Part shown: one piece after another, positions 8,291-18,033 of the stretch
Position numbering within the stretch: the stretch's first letter is position 1
Layout of the letters: each line of letters begins with the position of its first letter
Assembly: GCA_038064455.1 (NCBI GenBank)
Contig: JBBTTB010000004.1
Coordinates: forward strand, 2,893 to 66,587
Source of the DNA: Patescibacteria group bacterium
GTDB taxonomy: Bacteria > Patescibacteriota > Minisyncoccia > 2-02-FULL-40-12 > GWA2-44-9
Length of the DNA: 63,695 bases
Reading direction: 5' to 3'
Made by a program: the position numbers and the translations under genes
The notes under the pieces: model-generated
What the model was told of the DNA's origin: nothing
The model's database searches: none
What the model saw: only the letters and a program-made list of their open reading frames with translations

Positions 8291-10057
8291 ATGTTTGGAT
8301 CTTCTGCACAGCAACGCGCTCGAACACTTATGCTTCTCGGTCTTTGCGTCTCGGTGTTCTTTGTGTACGCTACCAATTTGCAGAACCCTCTTTTTTGGGA
8401 TGATACCGATTGGATCGTAAACAACCCCGCGGTACATAGCATCTCATGGGACACTATTCGGTTTTGGTTTTCACACAATACACTTGCGGGCGTCGGATTA
8501 CAGAGTAACTACTATCGCCCATTTCTATTCTTTACGTTTGCTATAAACTACGTGCTTCATGGCATCGCGCCGCTAGGATATCACCTTATTAATAATCTGC
8601 TCCATATTGCGAATGTGGTATTCGTATTTCTTTTGCTTGAGCGAGCGTTCAAACAACGCTTTATTCCGTTCGTGGTTGCGGCTATTTTCGGGCTGCACCC
8701 GCTTCAGACAGAGGCTATAACGTATGTTGCGGGAAGAGGTGATCCTTTGCATGTATTTGGCATGTTGGCGGCGCTGTGGATGGTCCTCAAGGCTCACGAA
8801 ACGCACGCTCGGCATTGGTACATTGGTGCCATGGTAGCGAGCGCACTAGCTCTGTTGAGCAGAGAGACGGCAGTTATCTTCCCATTGCTGGCTTCGGTGT
8901 ACTTCCTTTCTTTTGTAGTAATAGGAACGGTGCGCCAAGCGATTATGAGTACGGCGCGTTACCTGTGGCCATTCTTCGGTATCTCGTTGGTGTATGGCAT
9001 CTTGCGTCTTACGATTTTGAACTTTGAAAATACCCTTAACTTTTTTGCGCATAGCAATCCATACACAGAAAGTATCTTTGTCCGGTTGATGACGTTCGCA
9101 TCGCTTCTCACTGAATATGCATCGATGCTGGTGATGCCGCTAGGATTGCATATGGAGCGCTCGGCCGTGGTGTATACAAACCTCTTCCAGGTTCCCGTGC
9201 TTGCCCCAGTGCTTATTCTAGGTGTGCTCGTTGGAGCTCTTATTGTATTTGTACGCCGTATGCGCTTCGTGGAAGAAGGCCGCCCACGCGGTGCGCATAT
9301 ATTATTCTTTGCGCTCGGATGGTTCTTCTCTTGTATGGCGCTGACATCAGGAATCACCCCCGTGAACGCGCTGATTTATGAGCATTGGCTCTATCTTGCG
9401 ATGGTTGGGCCACTTACTGCTGTAGCGTGGCTTGCGTGGCGTGCATGGGAGCGCAATGCGTTCGCGTGGGTTCGTCCACTATTTGGGATTGCTTTTGCCG
9501 CAGTGCTTATTGCGTTCAGTATCCTTTCTATTCAACGAAATCGACTGTGGGGCGATTCACTCGCTTTCTACTTAGACATTCTTCGCTATGAGCCACAAAG
9601 CGCTCGTATTAACAATAATGTAGGCAATATTTATTACGACCGGGGCGAATACGCACGCGCCGAAGAATATTACTGGAAAGCCGTCGCTGCTGAAGATACA
9701 TTTCCTCAACCACATTATAATATCGGCAGTATTCTCTTAGCGAGAAACGATGTGTACGGCGCGCGGATTGAATTTGAAAAAGCGATCGCTATTGATCCAG
9801 CGTTTCCGTATGCCTATGAAGGCCTTGCGAGCATTGCTGCAAAGGAAGGTGATTTGGTACTTGCTCGAACGATGATACAAAAATGGGTTGAGCTTCTCCC
9901 ATCGCACCCTATAGGGTATCTCAATCTTGGGCGTGTTGAAGCAAAAATAGGGAATAACGCAGAAGCTCGTGCGGCGTTAGAGAAGGGCATACAACTCGCG
10001 GCTCCTGGAAGTGATATCCGAGCACTACTGGAAAAGGAGTTGAGCTCTCTTGAGTAG
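8291..10057 (+). CDS. TMTC-like (DUF1736/GT-C + TPR) protein O-glycosyltransferase
   Basis: Motifs FWDD, YYRP, YHLINNLLH, HPLQTEAITYVAGR, SRETA, YEHWLYL; C-terminal TPRs (NNNVGNIY, HYNIG, YLNLG). Confidence 0.8.
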   Translation: MFGSSAQQRARTLMLLGLCVSVFFVYATNLQNPLFWDDTDWIVNNPAVHSISWDTIRFWFSHNTLAGVGLQSNYYRPFLFFTFAINYVLHGIAPLGYHLINNLLHIANVVFVFLLLERAFKQRFIPFVVAAIFGLHPLQTEAITYVAGRGDPLHVFGMLAALWMVLKAHETHARHWYIGAMVASALALLSRETAVIFPLLASVYFLSFVVIGTVRQAIMSTARYLWPFFGISLVYGILRLTILNFENTLNFFAHSNPYTESIFVRLMTFASLLTEYASMLVMPLGLHMERSAVVYTNLFQVPVLAPVLILGVLVGALIVFVRRMRFVEEGRPRGAHILFFALGWFFSCMALTSGITPVNALIYEHWLYLAMVGPLTAVAWLAWRAWERNAFAWVRPLFGIAFAAVLIAFSILSIQRNRLWGDSLAFYLDILRYEPQSARINNNVGNIYYDRGEYARAEEYYWKAVAAEDTFPQPHYNIGSILLARNDVYGARIEFEKAIAIDPAFPYAYEGLASIAAKEGDLVLARTMIQKWVELLPSHPIGYLNLGRVEAKIGNNAEARAALEKGIQLAAPGSDIRALLEKELSSLE

Positions 10058-10074
10058 CTTGGTATGATGGCTAT

Positions 10075-10635
10075 ATGCAGAAATCACTCATTGTAGGCTC
10101 AATTATTGCTGGGGCGGTGCTCGCGTTGGCGTGGGGAGTCGTCCGTTGGGATGATGCACGCCAAGTAGCTTCGCCATCTCCGAGTATTGTAGTAAGTCCG
10201 AATGTGTCAGTCTCACCACTACCCAGTGGTTCCGCGCTTCCCAGCACGAAACCTCGCCCAACCGTAACGCCGTTTGCTGGCCCAACGGGGCTTACGGCCC
10301 CCGCCTCTTGTAAGCTAGAAGGGTCTGTGCGGTTTATTAGCAAAGATACGTACGAATCTCGAAACGCACGCATTTCATGGGAGAATGTCGACAGCCGCGG
10401 GCGCAATATCGTGTGGAAAACACTCCCCTCTGGCGGGTTGAACATCGGGCCAAACATTTTTGAGTCTATTGGTATCCCGAAAGGATCTTCAGACATTACC
10501 GTTGCGTTACCGGCGAATCCCGCAAAGCGCTATACGTTGAGCGCGGAGATCGGGTACGGGCAAATTGTTGACGGTAATGTGGTGGTGAAGCAGGCGAAAT
10601 GTTCTGGTTCTATTGTGGTTGACGTGGCATTTTAG
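10075..10635 (+). CDS. Exported/anchored protein with a Ser/Pro/Thr-rich linker and a small two-Cys C-terminal domain
   Basis: N-terminal hydrophobic segment; linker SPSPSIVVSPNVSVSPLPSGSALPSTKPRPTVTP; TG-G-TATGAT lies 6 nt before the ATG. Confidence 0.7.
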   Translation: MQKSLIVGSIIAGAVLALAWGVVRWDDARQVASPSPSIVVSPNVSVSPLPSGSALPSTKPRPTVTPFAGPTGLTAPASCKLEGSVRFISKDTYESRNARISWENVDSRGRNIVWKTLPSGGLNIGPNIFESIGIPKGSSDITVALPANPAKRYTLSAEIGYGQIVDGNVVVKQAKCSGSIVVDVAF

Positions 10636-10638
10636 TGT

Positions 10639-12393
10639 ATGGCATCTCTTGAGCGCGCACTGAACGCACGCACTCCCTGGGCTGTCTTTCTGACAGCCCT
10701 CGTGCTTTCTGCGGTTCTTTTCGCACCAAGCATTGGCGGGGCGTTTGTATTTGATGACGGCATTGTGATTGTCGGCAACCCGCTCATTGGAGGTGTCCCT
10801 GATGTGGGAAGTATTTTTAGCACCTCATATCACGCATACCAACCTCGCACCGGATTGTATCGACCGCTTGTTATTCTTTCCTATGCGCTCAATGCGTGGC
10901 TCTTTGGTGATGGGCCCGTTTCGTTTCATATCGTAAACATTGTCTTGCATGCGGGAGTTATTGCCGCAGTATTCGTATTGGTTCGCATGCTTTTGACGCC
11001 GCGTATTGCTGGAACGGCTGCGCTACTCTTTGCGGTGTTGCCAATACATGTAGAGGCAGTTGCTTCTATTGTGGGGCGCGCAGAGCTTATGATGGCGCTT
11101 GGTTTTCTTGGCGCAGTGATTGCGGGACTTTCAGGAAGATCACTGCTCTCTGCGGCTTTGTTATTCGCGGGGCTCCTTTCAAAAGAAACAGCTATTGCGG
11201 CTATTCCTGTGCTTGGTGTGTTGTTGTGGTATCGAGGAGCTGGGATGAAAGAAGTCATGCGTGTCTTGCGTTGGCATGCGCTTTCGCTTGTATCTTTTCT
11301 TGCGCTTCGTGTATGGGTATTAGGCGAGCATGCATTCTCTACGGATGCTTCGATGGTATATAACCCCATCGCGCACGCGTCCTCATGGCTCGCGGGGCTT
11401 GGAATGGCTCTTCGCGTAGTATGGGAGGGGTTTTTGCGAGTGTGGGCGCCGCTTTCGCTCTCGTCAGATTATTCGTATAGCGTTTTTTCCGGCACGCCGT
11501 TGTGGAGCGTCGCCATCGGCGCGGCCATTCTTCTTACAGCACTCTATGCAATAGTTCGTTATCGCAACGATCTCCGCGGATATGCGGGAGTATTGTTTCT
11601 TTTCCCTCTTTTAGTTATCGCGAATATTATACTTCCTATCGGCACAATCTTTGCGGAGCGGCTATGGTATGTGCCGTCTATTGGTCTTGCTATACTTGCT
11701 GCTGGCATTTTTGTTCGCATACATGAACGATGGCAGAGGATGGTGCAGGTGAGTGGCGTGCTTCTCGTGGTGATATATGCACTCGTTTCCTTCCAGCGTT
11801 CTGGGGCATGGGTTTCTGAAGAGGCGCTTTTCCAAAGCGCGTTTGCAGCGCAACCAGATAGTGTGGTGAACCAAACGAACATGGCGTACCTCGATCTGAA
11901 GAATGAGCGGCTTACAGATGCTCGTGCGCGTATTGACGCGGTGCTCTCCCTGACTCCGGAGCATGCCCCAGCACTCAATCTTGCGGGGGCCATTGCGCAA
12001 CGCCAAGGCGATCATGCCGCCGCCGAGGCATTCTGGAAGCGAGCGATTAAGGCGCGACCTGACTATCTTAATGCATACCGAGGGCTTGGCGCGCTCTATT
12101 ATGATGCGGGCTATTTTGCTGATGCACATGCAGTGCTTTCAGATGCGCTTGCGATATATCCGCGATGGAGTGAGGTGTGGTACCTTTCCCTTGTTGATAT
12201 TGCCCTTGGGAAAACTGCGGACGCGAAGGTATTATTAGATGCGTATGCGTCAAAGGCCGTGCCTGATGAATTCCTCTTTGCGCACGCACTGTTAGCGCAC
12301 GCAGAAGGCCGTAACATAGAAGCGCAGGCTCTTAGGGAGCAAGTTGTTACTCCGCGATTGCGTCGCGCCCTCGATGATGTGATGTCACAATGA
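10639..12393 (+). CDS. TMTC-like (DUF1736/GT-C + TPR) protein O-glycosyltransferase, second copy
   Basis: Motifs FVFDD, LYRPL, FHIVNIVLH, PIHVEAVASIVGRAELM, LSKET, LSSDYS, FAERLWYVPS; C-terminal TPRs. Confidence 0.85.
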   Translation: MASLERALNARTPWAVFLTALVLSAVLFAPSIGGAFVFDDGIVIVGNPLIGGVPDVGSIFSTSYHAYQPRTGLYRPLVILSYALNAWLFGDGPVSFHIVNIVLHAGVIAAVFVLVRMLLTPRIAGTAALLFAVLPIHVEAVASIVGRAELMMALGFLGAVIAGLSGRSLLSAALLFAGLLSKETAIAAIPVLGVLLWYRGAGMKEVMRVLRWHALSLVSFLALRVWVLGEHAFSTDASMVYNPIAHASSWLAGLGMALRVVWEGFLRVWAPLSLSSDYSYSVFSGTPLWSVAIGAAILLTALYAIVRYRNDLRGYAGVLFLFPLLVIANIILPIGTIFAERLWYVPSIGLAILAAGIFVRIHERWQRMVQVSGVLLVVIYALVSFQRSGAWVSEEALFQSAFAAQPDSVVNQTNMAYLDLKNERLTDARARIDAVLSLTPEHAPALNLAGAIAQRQGDHAAAEAFWKRAIKARPDYLNAYRGLGALYYDAGYFADAHAVLSDALAIYPRWSEVWYLSLVDIALGKTADAKVLLDAYASKAVPDEFLFAHALLAHAEGRNIEAQALREQVVTPRLRRALDDVMSQ

Positions 12394-13859
12394 TGATGTC
12401 GAAAACCCGCTATACCATCTTATTAGTTTTCCTCGGAGCGCTTATGGCGCTCTCAAGCGTACATACGCTTACTTCCATAAATCAAGACATTGGCAGGCAC
12501 CTCCGTCTAGGAGAAATTATTACAACGACAAAAGCTGTCCCTGATACTAATCTTTTTTCCTATACACATCCTGATGAGCCATTTCTCAACCACCACTGGC
12601 TTGGTGAAGTATTCTTCTATGTGCTTTCCCGCATTGACGGCGTCGCAGGGCTCATTCCTATAAAGGCGATTATATTAGCAGGAGCTTTTATGCTTGCCGT
12701 TGCAAGTACATGGCGGCGAGAGGGCGCGTACCTTATGGGCTTTGCTGGTCTTGTTGCGTGGGGAGTGATGATCGAGCGCACTGACGTGCGCCCCGAAGTA
12801 TTCAGCTATCTCTTTATGGGATGGTTTCTGTTTGTGCTGTTTCGCTATCCGCAGAGCTCACTGCGGTGGACGCTGCCTTTTGTGCAGGCGGTGTGGGTGA
12901 ATACACACATTACGTTTTTCATGGGGCCGTTGATATATCTCTGCGCGGCGTTTGGCGATGGCATGCGAACCTTTCCCTTGTGGCGCGAGACGTTACATCG
13001 ATGGTTGCCGTTGGGCGTAGTGTTAGCGCTTTCGTTGCTGGTGAATCCGTGGGGCTTTGCTGGTGCTACCTATCCGCTCCAGATTATGTCCGGATATGGC
13101 TACTCGGTACTTGAGAACAAGGGGCCATTCTTTCTTCTTGCATGGGGGTATCCGCTGGTGACTACCGCGATGGTGTTCGTGCTTGCGGGGTGTATTGTGC
13201 TCTACGGCTTTATTACGGGGAGTCGCATGCGTCAGGTTACTGGACCAATAGTGTTAGCACTTATAACATTTATATTCGCGCAGATCATGGTTCGCAATTA
13301 CGCTTTGTTTGCGCTGAGCGGCGTCGCGGCTCTCGGAGCGCTTGCACAGCAACATCCTATTCGATTACGACAAGGATTCTGGATCTCTGGTGCGCTTGTC
13401 GCGCTCCTTGGCGCTAGTGTGGTAAGCGGGCAATTCTTCCCACTCGTTGGCCTTCCACAGCAGTTCGGCGTCCATGTGCCCGCTGGCGCTCAAGCGTCCA
13501 TTGATTTTATTCGAGCGCACGAGCTTCGAGGTCCGATATTTAATAATTTTGATATTGGCAGTTTCCTGATCTGGAAACTCCCGGAAGAAAAAGTATTCGT
13601 TGACGGGCGCCCCGAAGCATATCCTTCTAACTTCGCATCATCCGTGTACATCCCCATGCAAGAAGATGTGGTTGTATGGGAGCGCGAGCGAGCTCGGTGG
13701 AACATTCAAATGATCGTGTGGTCGCACCGAGATCTTACACCGTGGTCGCGCACGTTTTTAGAGCGAATGGAAAAAGACGCTGATTGGAAAGAGGTATACC
13801 GCGATGGCTCTACGCTGATTTTGCTTCCGAAAGAGGTTGCTCGCGTAAAAGGGTTATAA
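12390..13859 (+). CDS. Polytopic membrane protein, probable GT-C-fold glycosyltransferase (paralog of 6479..8248, without TPR)
   Basis: DIGRHLRLGE, NHHWL, RPEVFS, WVNTH, NPWG, FNNFDIG, FVDGRPEAY. Confidence 0.6.
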   Translation: MMMSKTRYTILLVFLGALMALSSVHTLTSINQDIGRHLRLGEIITTTKAVPDTNLFSYTHPDEPFLNHHWLGEVFFYVLSRIDGVAGLIPIKAIILAGAFMLAVASTWRREGAYLMGFAGLVAWGVMIERTDVRPEVFSYLFMGWFLFVLFRYPQSSLRWTLPFVQAVWVNTHITFFMGPLIYLCAAFGDGMRTFPLWRETLHRWLPLGVVLALSLLVNPWGFAGATYPLQIMSGYGYSVLENKGPFFLLAWGYPLVTTAMVFVLAGCIVLYGFITGSRMRQVTGPIVLALITFIFAQIMVRNYALFALSGVAALGALAQQHPIRLRQGFWISGALVALLGASVVSGQFFPLVGLPQQFGVHVPAGAQASIDFIRAHELRGPIFNNFDIGSFLIWKLPEEKVFVDGRPEAYPSNFASSVYIPMQEDVVVWERERARWNIQMIVWSHRDLTPWSRTFLERMEKDADWKEVYRDGSTLILLPKEVARVKGL

Positions 13860-15012
13860 AAAGACGCTCGTACGCAGTGATCATGGTTTGCAGTGAAAAG
13901 CGAGTCACAATGCGCTGGTGCGCCGCCATGGTGATATCGTGGGCGAGTCGCGTATCTGAAATGAGTGCATGTACCCGTTGCGCCAACGCTGCTGGATTTT
14001 GTGGCTCGATGAGAAAGCCATCTTCGCCGTGGGTCAGAATTTCTGGAATGCCACCAACTCGAGTTGCGATACTGGGGACCTTTGCCGCCATCGCTTCAAG
14101 GAGCGCCCACGGGAACCCCTCTTTCATGGAAGTGAGCGCAAAGACATCGAATGCGGGAAGGAGCATCTTAGCATCTTGCCGCTGGCCGATCATATGCACT
14201 CGTGATTGGAGCTCAAGGCGCCGGATCAGTTGTTCGAGTGCTGGGCGTTCGGGCCCGTCACCGATAATGATCCACTGGGCCTCTGGGCCGAAATGTGCCG
14301 CTGCGCGAATGAACGTTTGAAGATCTTTTGCGGGATATGCATTTGCAATAGTGCCAATAACGATGGCGTCATCAGCAATGGGTATGTGGATTGCTTCCGC
14401 GATATGCGCGCGAGCTTCCGCCTTTGTATAGGTTGTAGGGTACGGATCGATACCATTGTGAATCGCGATGAGCTCTCTCCGTGGAATAATGTGGTGTGCG
14501 ATGCCTGCGGCGCGATCTGATTCACTGTTTACGACGATAATGTCTTTCCAGTGCGCAGACCAACGCTCCAGCGTTCGGTAAAGTGCTTGTAATGATGGAT
14601 GAATGGGGTCATGAAATTGCCAGCCGCCGATACGATACACAACGCGTAAGTTGGGTAACGCTTTTTTACACCAGCGTGCAGCTATGGCGCCAAGAAACCC
14701 AGCCTTTGAACTATTGAGGAATACAATATCAGGCTTCTCTGCAAGAATGCGTTCGCGGATATCTCGAACACACTGTAGGTCATGCCAAGGAGCGATAGCT
14801 CGACGCAATGAAGAGATCGTGTGATAGGTGGTTCGTTCGGGGAGTGCGTCGCGAAGTGCATGATTTCCATCGGGTCCAGCGGCAATGGAGAAAGAAAAAC
14901 GTTGCGCATCACTATGCGTGACGAGTTCACTCATGAAACGCTGTGCTCCACCCATATCTGATTGAGTAATAATGCAGAGAATGTGCGTGAGGGCTTGGGA
15001 TTCGTGAGGCAT
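13810..15012 (-). CDS. Glycosyltransferase family 4
   Basis: GGAQRF at the N-terminus; SMKEGFPWALLEAMAA (E-x7-E) and GGIPE. Confidence 0.9.
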   Translation of the reverse strand: MPHESQALTHILCIITQSDMGGAQRFMSELVTHSDAQRFSFSIAAGPDGNHALRDALPERTTYHTISSLRRAIAPWHDLQCVRDIRERILAEKPDIVFLNSSKAGFLGAIAARWCKKALPNLRVVYRIGGWQFHDPIHPSLQALYRTLERWSAHWKDIIVVNSESDRAAGIAHHIIPRRELIAIHNGIDPYPTTYTKAEARAHIAEAIHIPIADDAIVIGTIANAYPAKDLQTFIRAAAHFGPEAQWIIIGDGPERPALEQLIRRLELQSRVHMIGQRQDAKMLLPAFDVFALTSMKEGFPWALLEAMAAKVPSIATRVGGIPEILTHGEDGFLIEPQNPAALAQRVHALISDTRLAHDITMAAHQRIVTRFSLQTMITAYERLFITLLREQPLSEAKSA

Positions 15013-15059
15013 GAGGGCGTTGTTTTACGTTGCTATGCGCGCTATGATAGTACCAATCT

Positions 15060-16181
15060 GTGACCCATTCAGCAAGCAATATTCTCATCTTTTCTCCCGC
15101 GTTCCGACCCCTTATTGGTGGGTCGGAACTGGCACTTGAGGCGCTTATGCGACACATGCCGGGGCGCTCTTTTGTAGTGCTGACGCCGCGTTACTCCACC
15201 GCCTTTCCCGCAAGGGAGTCGCATGAAAACGTGCGCATCCGTCGTATCGGTTTTGGTGTTCCGTGGCTCGATAAATATCTCTTCCTTGTCTTTGGGGCCA
15301 CCATTGGTCTCCGCGAGGCTCGTCATGCCGCCGTGCTTCATGCATACCAAGCATCGTATGCTGCACTTGCTGCATTAGTAGTGCGATTTTTTTCGAGGGT
15401 TCCCCTCATTGTAACGCTTCAAGAGGGTGCTCATTTTCAAAAGCAATCTTTGTTAGTTCGCGCTGGGCGCTGGCTTGCGGTGCGATATGCGGATAGGGTG
15501 ACAGCGATTAGCTCTCCCTTAGAGATATATGCACGTCACGTACGGCGTGGCGTCGGGGTAACGCTCGTACCGAATGGCGTTGATCCGGCGCACACATGCA
15601 CTTCTGAAGAGCGCTCTCGTTTGCGTACTGCGTGGGGCATTCGTGCCGATGAGGTGTGCATCTACTCTGCAAGTAGGCTCGTTTCAAAGAATGGCATTGA
15701 TGCGCTTGTTCGTGCCTGTGCCGCGCTCTCATTTCCGTGGCGTCTTGTGGTTGCGGGCGCTGGAGAGCGGGCGCGCATGTTACAGCAATTAGCTGTGGAG
15801 CTTGGGGTGAGTGATCGTGTCGTGTGGCGGGGATCAGTTTCTCATGGCGAAGTATTAAAAGAGCTTGGCGCCATAGATGTGTATGCGCGTCCTTCGCGAT
15901 CGGAGGGGCAGGGCATCGCATTTCTTGAAGCAATGGCCGCGGGTGTTCCTGTTGTCGCGTCGCGTCGCGGAGGTTTGCGCGATTTTATGCGCGATGGCGA
16001 GACGGGCTTTGTATGCGATCCTGATGACATTCCTTCCATAGTGGATGCGCTGACGCGTGCATCGCGACCTGGCGCCGAACGAGATACTGTGGTTACTACT
16101 GCGGGGGATATGATCTCTCGGGAGTACTTGTGGAGCCTTATTGCCCCTCGCATGGCCGCAGTGTACGATACACTGGCATGA
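15060..16181 (+). CDS. Glycosyltransferase family 4
   Basis: IGGSE; SRLVSKNG; SRSEGQGIAFLEAMAAG. Confidence 0.9.
   Translation: MTHSASNILIFSPAFRPLIGGSELALEALMRHMPGRSFVVLTPRYSTAFPARESHENVRIRRIGFGVPWLDKYLFLVFGATIGLREARHAAVLHAYQASYAALAALVVRFFSRVPLIVTLQEGAHFQKQSLLVRAGRWLAVRYADRVTAISSPLEIYARHVRRGVGVTLVPNGVDPAHTCTSEERSRLRTAWGIRADEVCIYSASRLVSKNGIDALVRACAALSFPWRLVVAGAGERARMLQQLAVELGVSDRVVWRGSVSHGEVLKELGAIDVYARPSRSEGQGIAFLEAMAAGVPVVASRRGGLRDFMRDGETGFVCDPDDIPSIVDALTRASRPGAERDTVVTTAGDMISREYLWSLIAPRMAAVYDTLA
16141..16169 (+). promoter_or_regulatory. Putative internal promoter for the GT2 gene
   Basis: TTGCCC-17-TACGAT, 8 nt before ATG 16178. Confidence 0.4.
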
Positions 16182-16879
16182 AAAAGCTTTCTATTGTTAT
16201 TCCCGTATTTAATGAGGCGGCAACTCTGCCGAAGCTTTTCGCGGCTATTGATGCTGTAGTCTTGCCTGAATGGGAGAAAGAGCTGGTTATTGTTGATGAT
16301 GCCTCAAGCGACGGCACCGCTGAAGTCGTTGCCACGCACCTGCGCCCGGGGTGGGTTTCGGTGCGTCACGCGCAAAACCTGGGGAAGGGTTCTGCGGTAC
16401 GCACTGGTTTCGCAAAAACTTCCGGAGATATCGTGCTTATTCAAGATGCAGATCTAGAGTACAGCCCGAAAGAGTATCCACTCTTACTCGAGCCCATTCT
16501 TTCTGGCGATGCTGATGTGGTATATGGTTCACGCTTTATTTCTGCTTTTCCACGCCGCGCGCTTTATTTCTCCCACTATGTTGCGAACGTGCTTCTCACC
16601 TTTCTTTCAAATATGTGTACCGGTCTGAATCTCTCTGATATGGAAACGGGATATAAGGTTTTTACTCGTGATGCACTTGCGCGCATTTTACCTCATTTGA
16701 GTGCGGCGCGTTTTGGCATTGAACCAGAAATAACTGCGCGCGTAGCACAGCAAAAACTTCGTATATACGAGGTGGGCATTTCCTATCGAGGGCGCACGTA
16801 TGCGGAGGGAAAGAAAATTCAATGGGCTGATGGTATTGCAGCTGTGTGGCATATTATCCGTGCGTCATTTTTTTCATGA
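16178..16879 (+). CDS. Glycosyltransferase family 2, DPM1/polyprenol-phosphate sugar synthase-like
   Basis: SIVIPVFNE, VDDASSDGT, NLGKG, QDADLEY, DMETGYK, RFGIEPE, EGKKI; ATG overlaps the upstream TGA. Confidence 0.9.
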   Translation: MKKLSIVIPVFNEAATLPKLFAAIDAVVLPEWEKELVIVDDASSDGTAEVVATHLRPGWVSVRHAQNLGKGSAVRTGFAKTSGDIVLIQDADLEYSPKEYPLLLEPILSGDADVVYGSRFISAFPRRALYFSHYVANVLLTFLSNMCTGLNLSDMETGYKVFTRDALARILPHLSAARFGIEPEITARVAQQKLRIYEVGISYRGRTYAEGKKIQWADGIAAVWHIIRASFFS

Positions 16880-18033
16880 ACGACCACAAGAAACCACTTC
16901 TTGTTATTGCAACTGGCATTTACCCACCTGACATAGGGGGGCCTGCAACGGTTGCGCACGCTGTGGCACGAGCATTTCGTGATCGTGGGATGCGCGTGCG
17001 AGTGGTGACGTTTGGGCGAGGTGGAAACGAGCAGGGTATCGATGTATATCGCGTTTCGCGGTGGTGGCCATGGATGCTGCGACACGTGGTGTATATACTT
17101 CGTGTGTTACGAGCGAGCGCTGGGGCAACTCATATCCTTGCCCTATCAGCAAAAACGCCCGGTATCGCAGCGCACATTGCGGGCACGATGCGTCGCATTC
17201 CTGTAACGGTGCGCATCGCTGGGGATTACGCATGGGAGTACGCCATACAGAAACGCCACACACATCTACTCATTGATGATTTTCAGAGCATACAGATAGG
17301 TGGATGGGCAGGGATGCTTCGTCGTATGCAACGATGGGTAGTGCGACGCAGTGCTCGCGTGATCGTTCCATCGCAGTACCTGCGATCTATCGTGCAGGGC
17401 TGGGGATATGATGCCGAACGTATCATGATCGTTCCAAACGCGGTTACTTTTTCACCATCCGATCTATCACATCAGGATGCGCGTACACACATTGGTATTC
17501 CGGGTACGCTCATTGTCTCTGTTGGGCGACTCGTACCGTGGAAGGGGTTTCGTATGCTCATCAAAATTATGCCCCAACTCCTTGAGCTGAATCAGTTTTT
17601 CCGACTCGTGATTGTGGGCGATGGACCTGAGCGTGACGTGCTTCGCACAATGGCGAAGAATCTTGGTCTTGAGAAGAAAGTATTCATTGTCGGCGCAAAA
17701 TCGCATGAAGAGTTGCCGATATATCTCGCTGCCGCGGATCTTTTTGTGCTGAACACGGGATACGAAGGGTTTTCACATCAGATTATTGAGGCGATGGCTG
17801 CAGGAGTTCCTGTTATTACAACAACGGCTGGAGGTAATCGCGAAGTTATTTCGCAAGGTGAGAATGGTTTGATGGTGAAATATAATGATGAGTTTAATCT
17901 ACGAGAAGCTATCCGCGCGCTCTGGGATATGCCAGAATTGCGGGAACAGATGAGTGAGGCGGGAAGAGTAACGGCGCGCACGTATCATGAAGAGCGCATG
18001 CGTGAGGCATGGGTTGAGGCACTGCACCTATGA
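16876..18033 (+). CDS. Glycosyltransferase family 4
   Basis: GIYPPDIGGPA; GRLVPWKG; YEGFSHQIIEAMAAG. Confidence 0.9.
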   Translation: MNDHKKPLLVIATGIYPPDIGGPATVAHAVARAFRDRGMRVRVVTFGRGGNEQGIDVYRVSRWWPWMLRHVVYILRVLRASAGATHILALSAKTPGIAAHIAGTMRRIPVTVRIAGDYAWEYAIQKRHTHLLIDDFQSIQIGGWAGMLRRMQRWVVRRSARVIVPSQYLRSIVQGWGYDAERIMIVPNAVTFSPSDLSHQDARTHIGIPGTLIVSVGRLVPWKGFRMLIKIMPQLLELNQFFRLVIVGDGPERDVLRTMAKNLGLEKKVFIVGAKSHEELPIYLAAADLFVLNTGYEGFSHQIIEAMAAGVPVITTTAGGNREVISQGENGLMVKYNDEFNLREAIRALWDMPELREQMSEAGRVTARTYHEERMREAWVEALHL

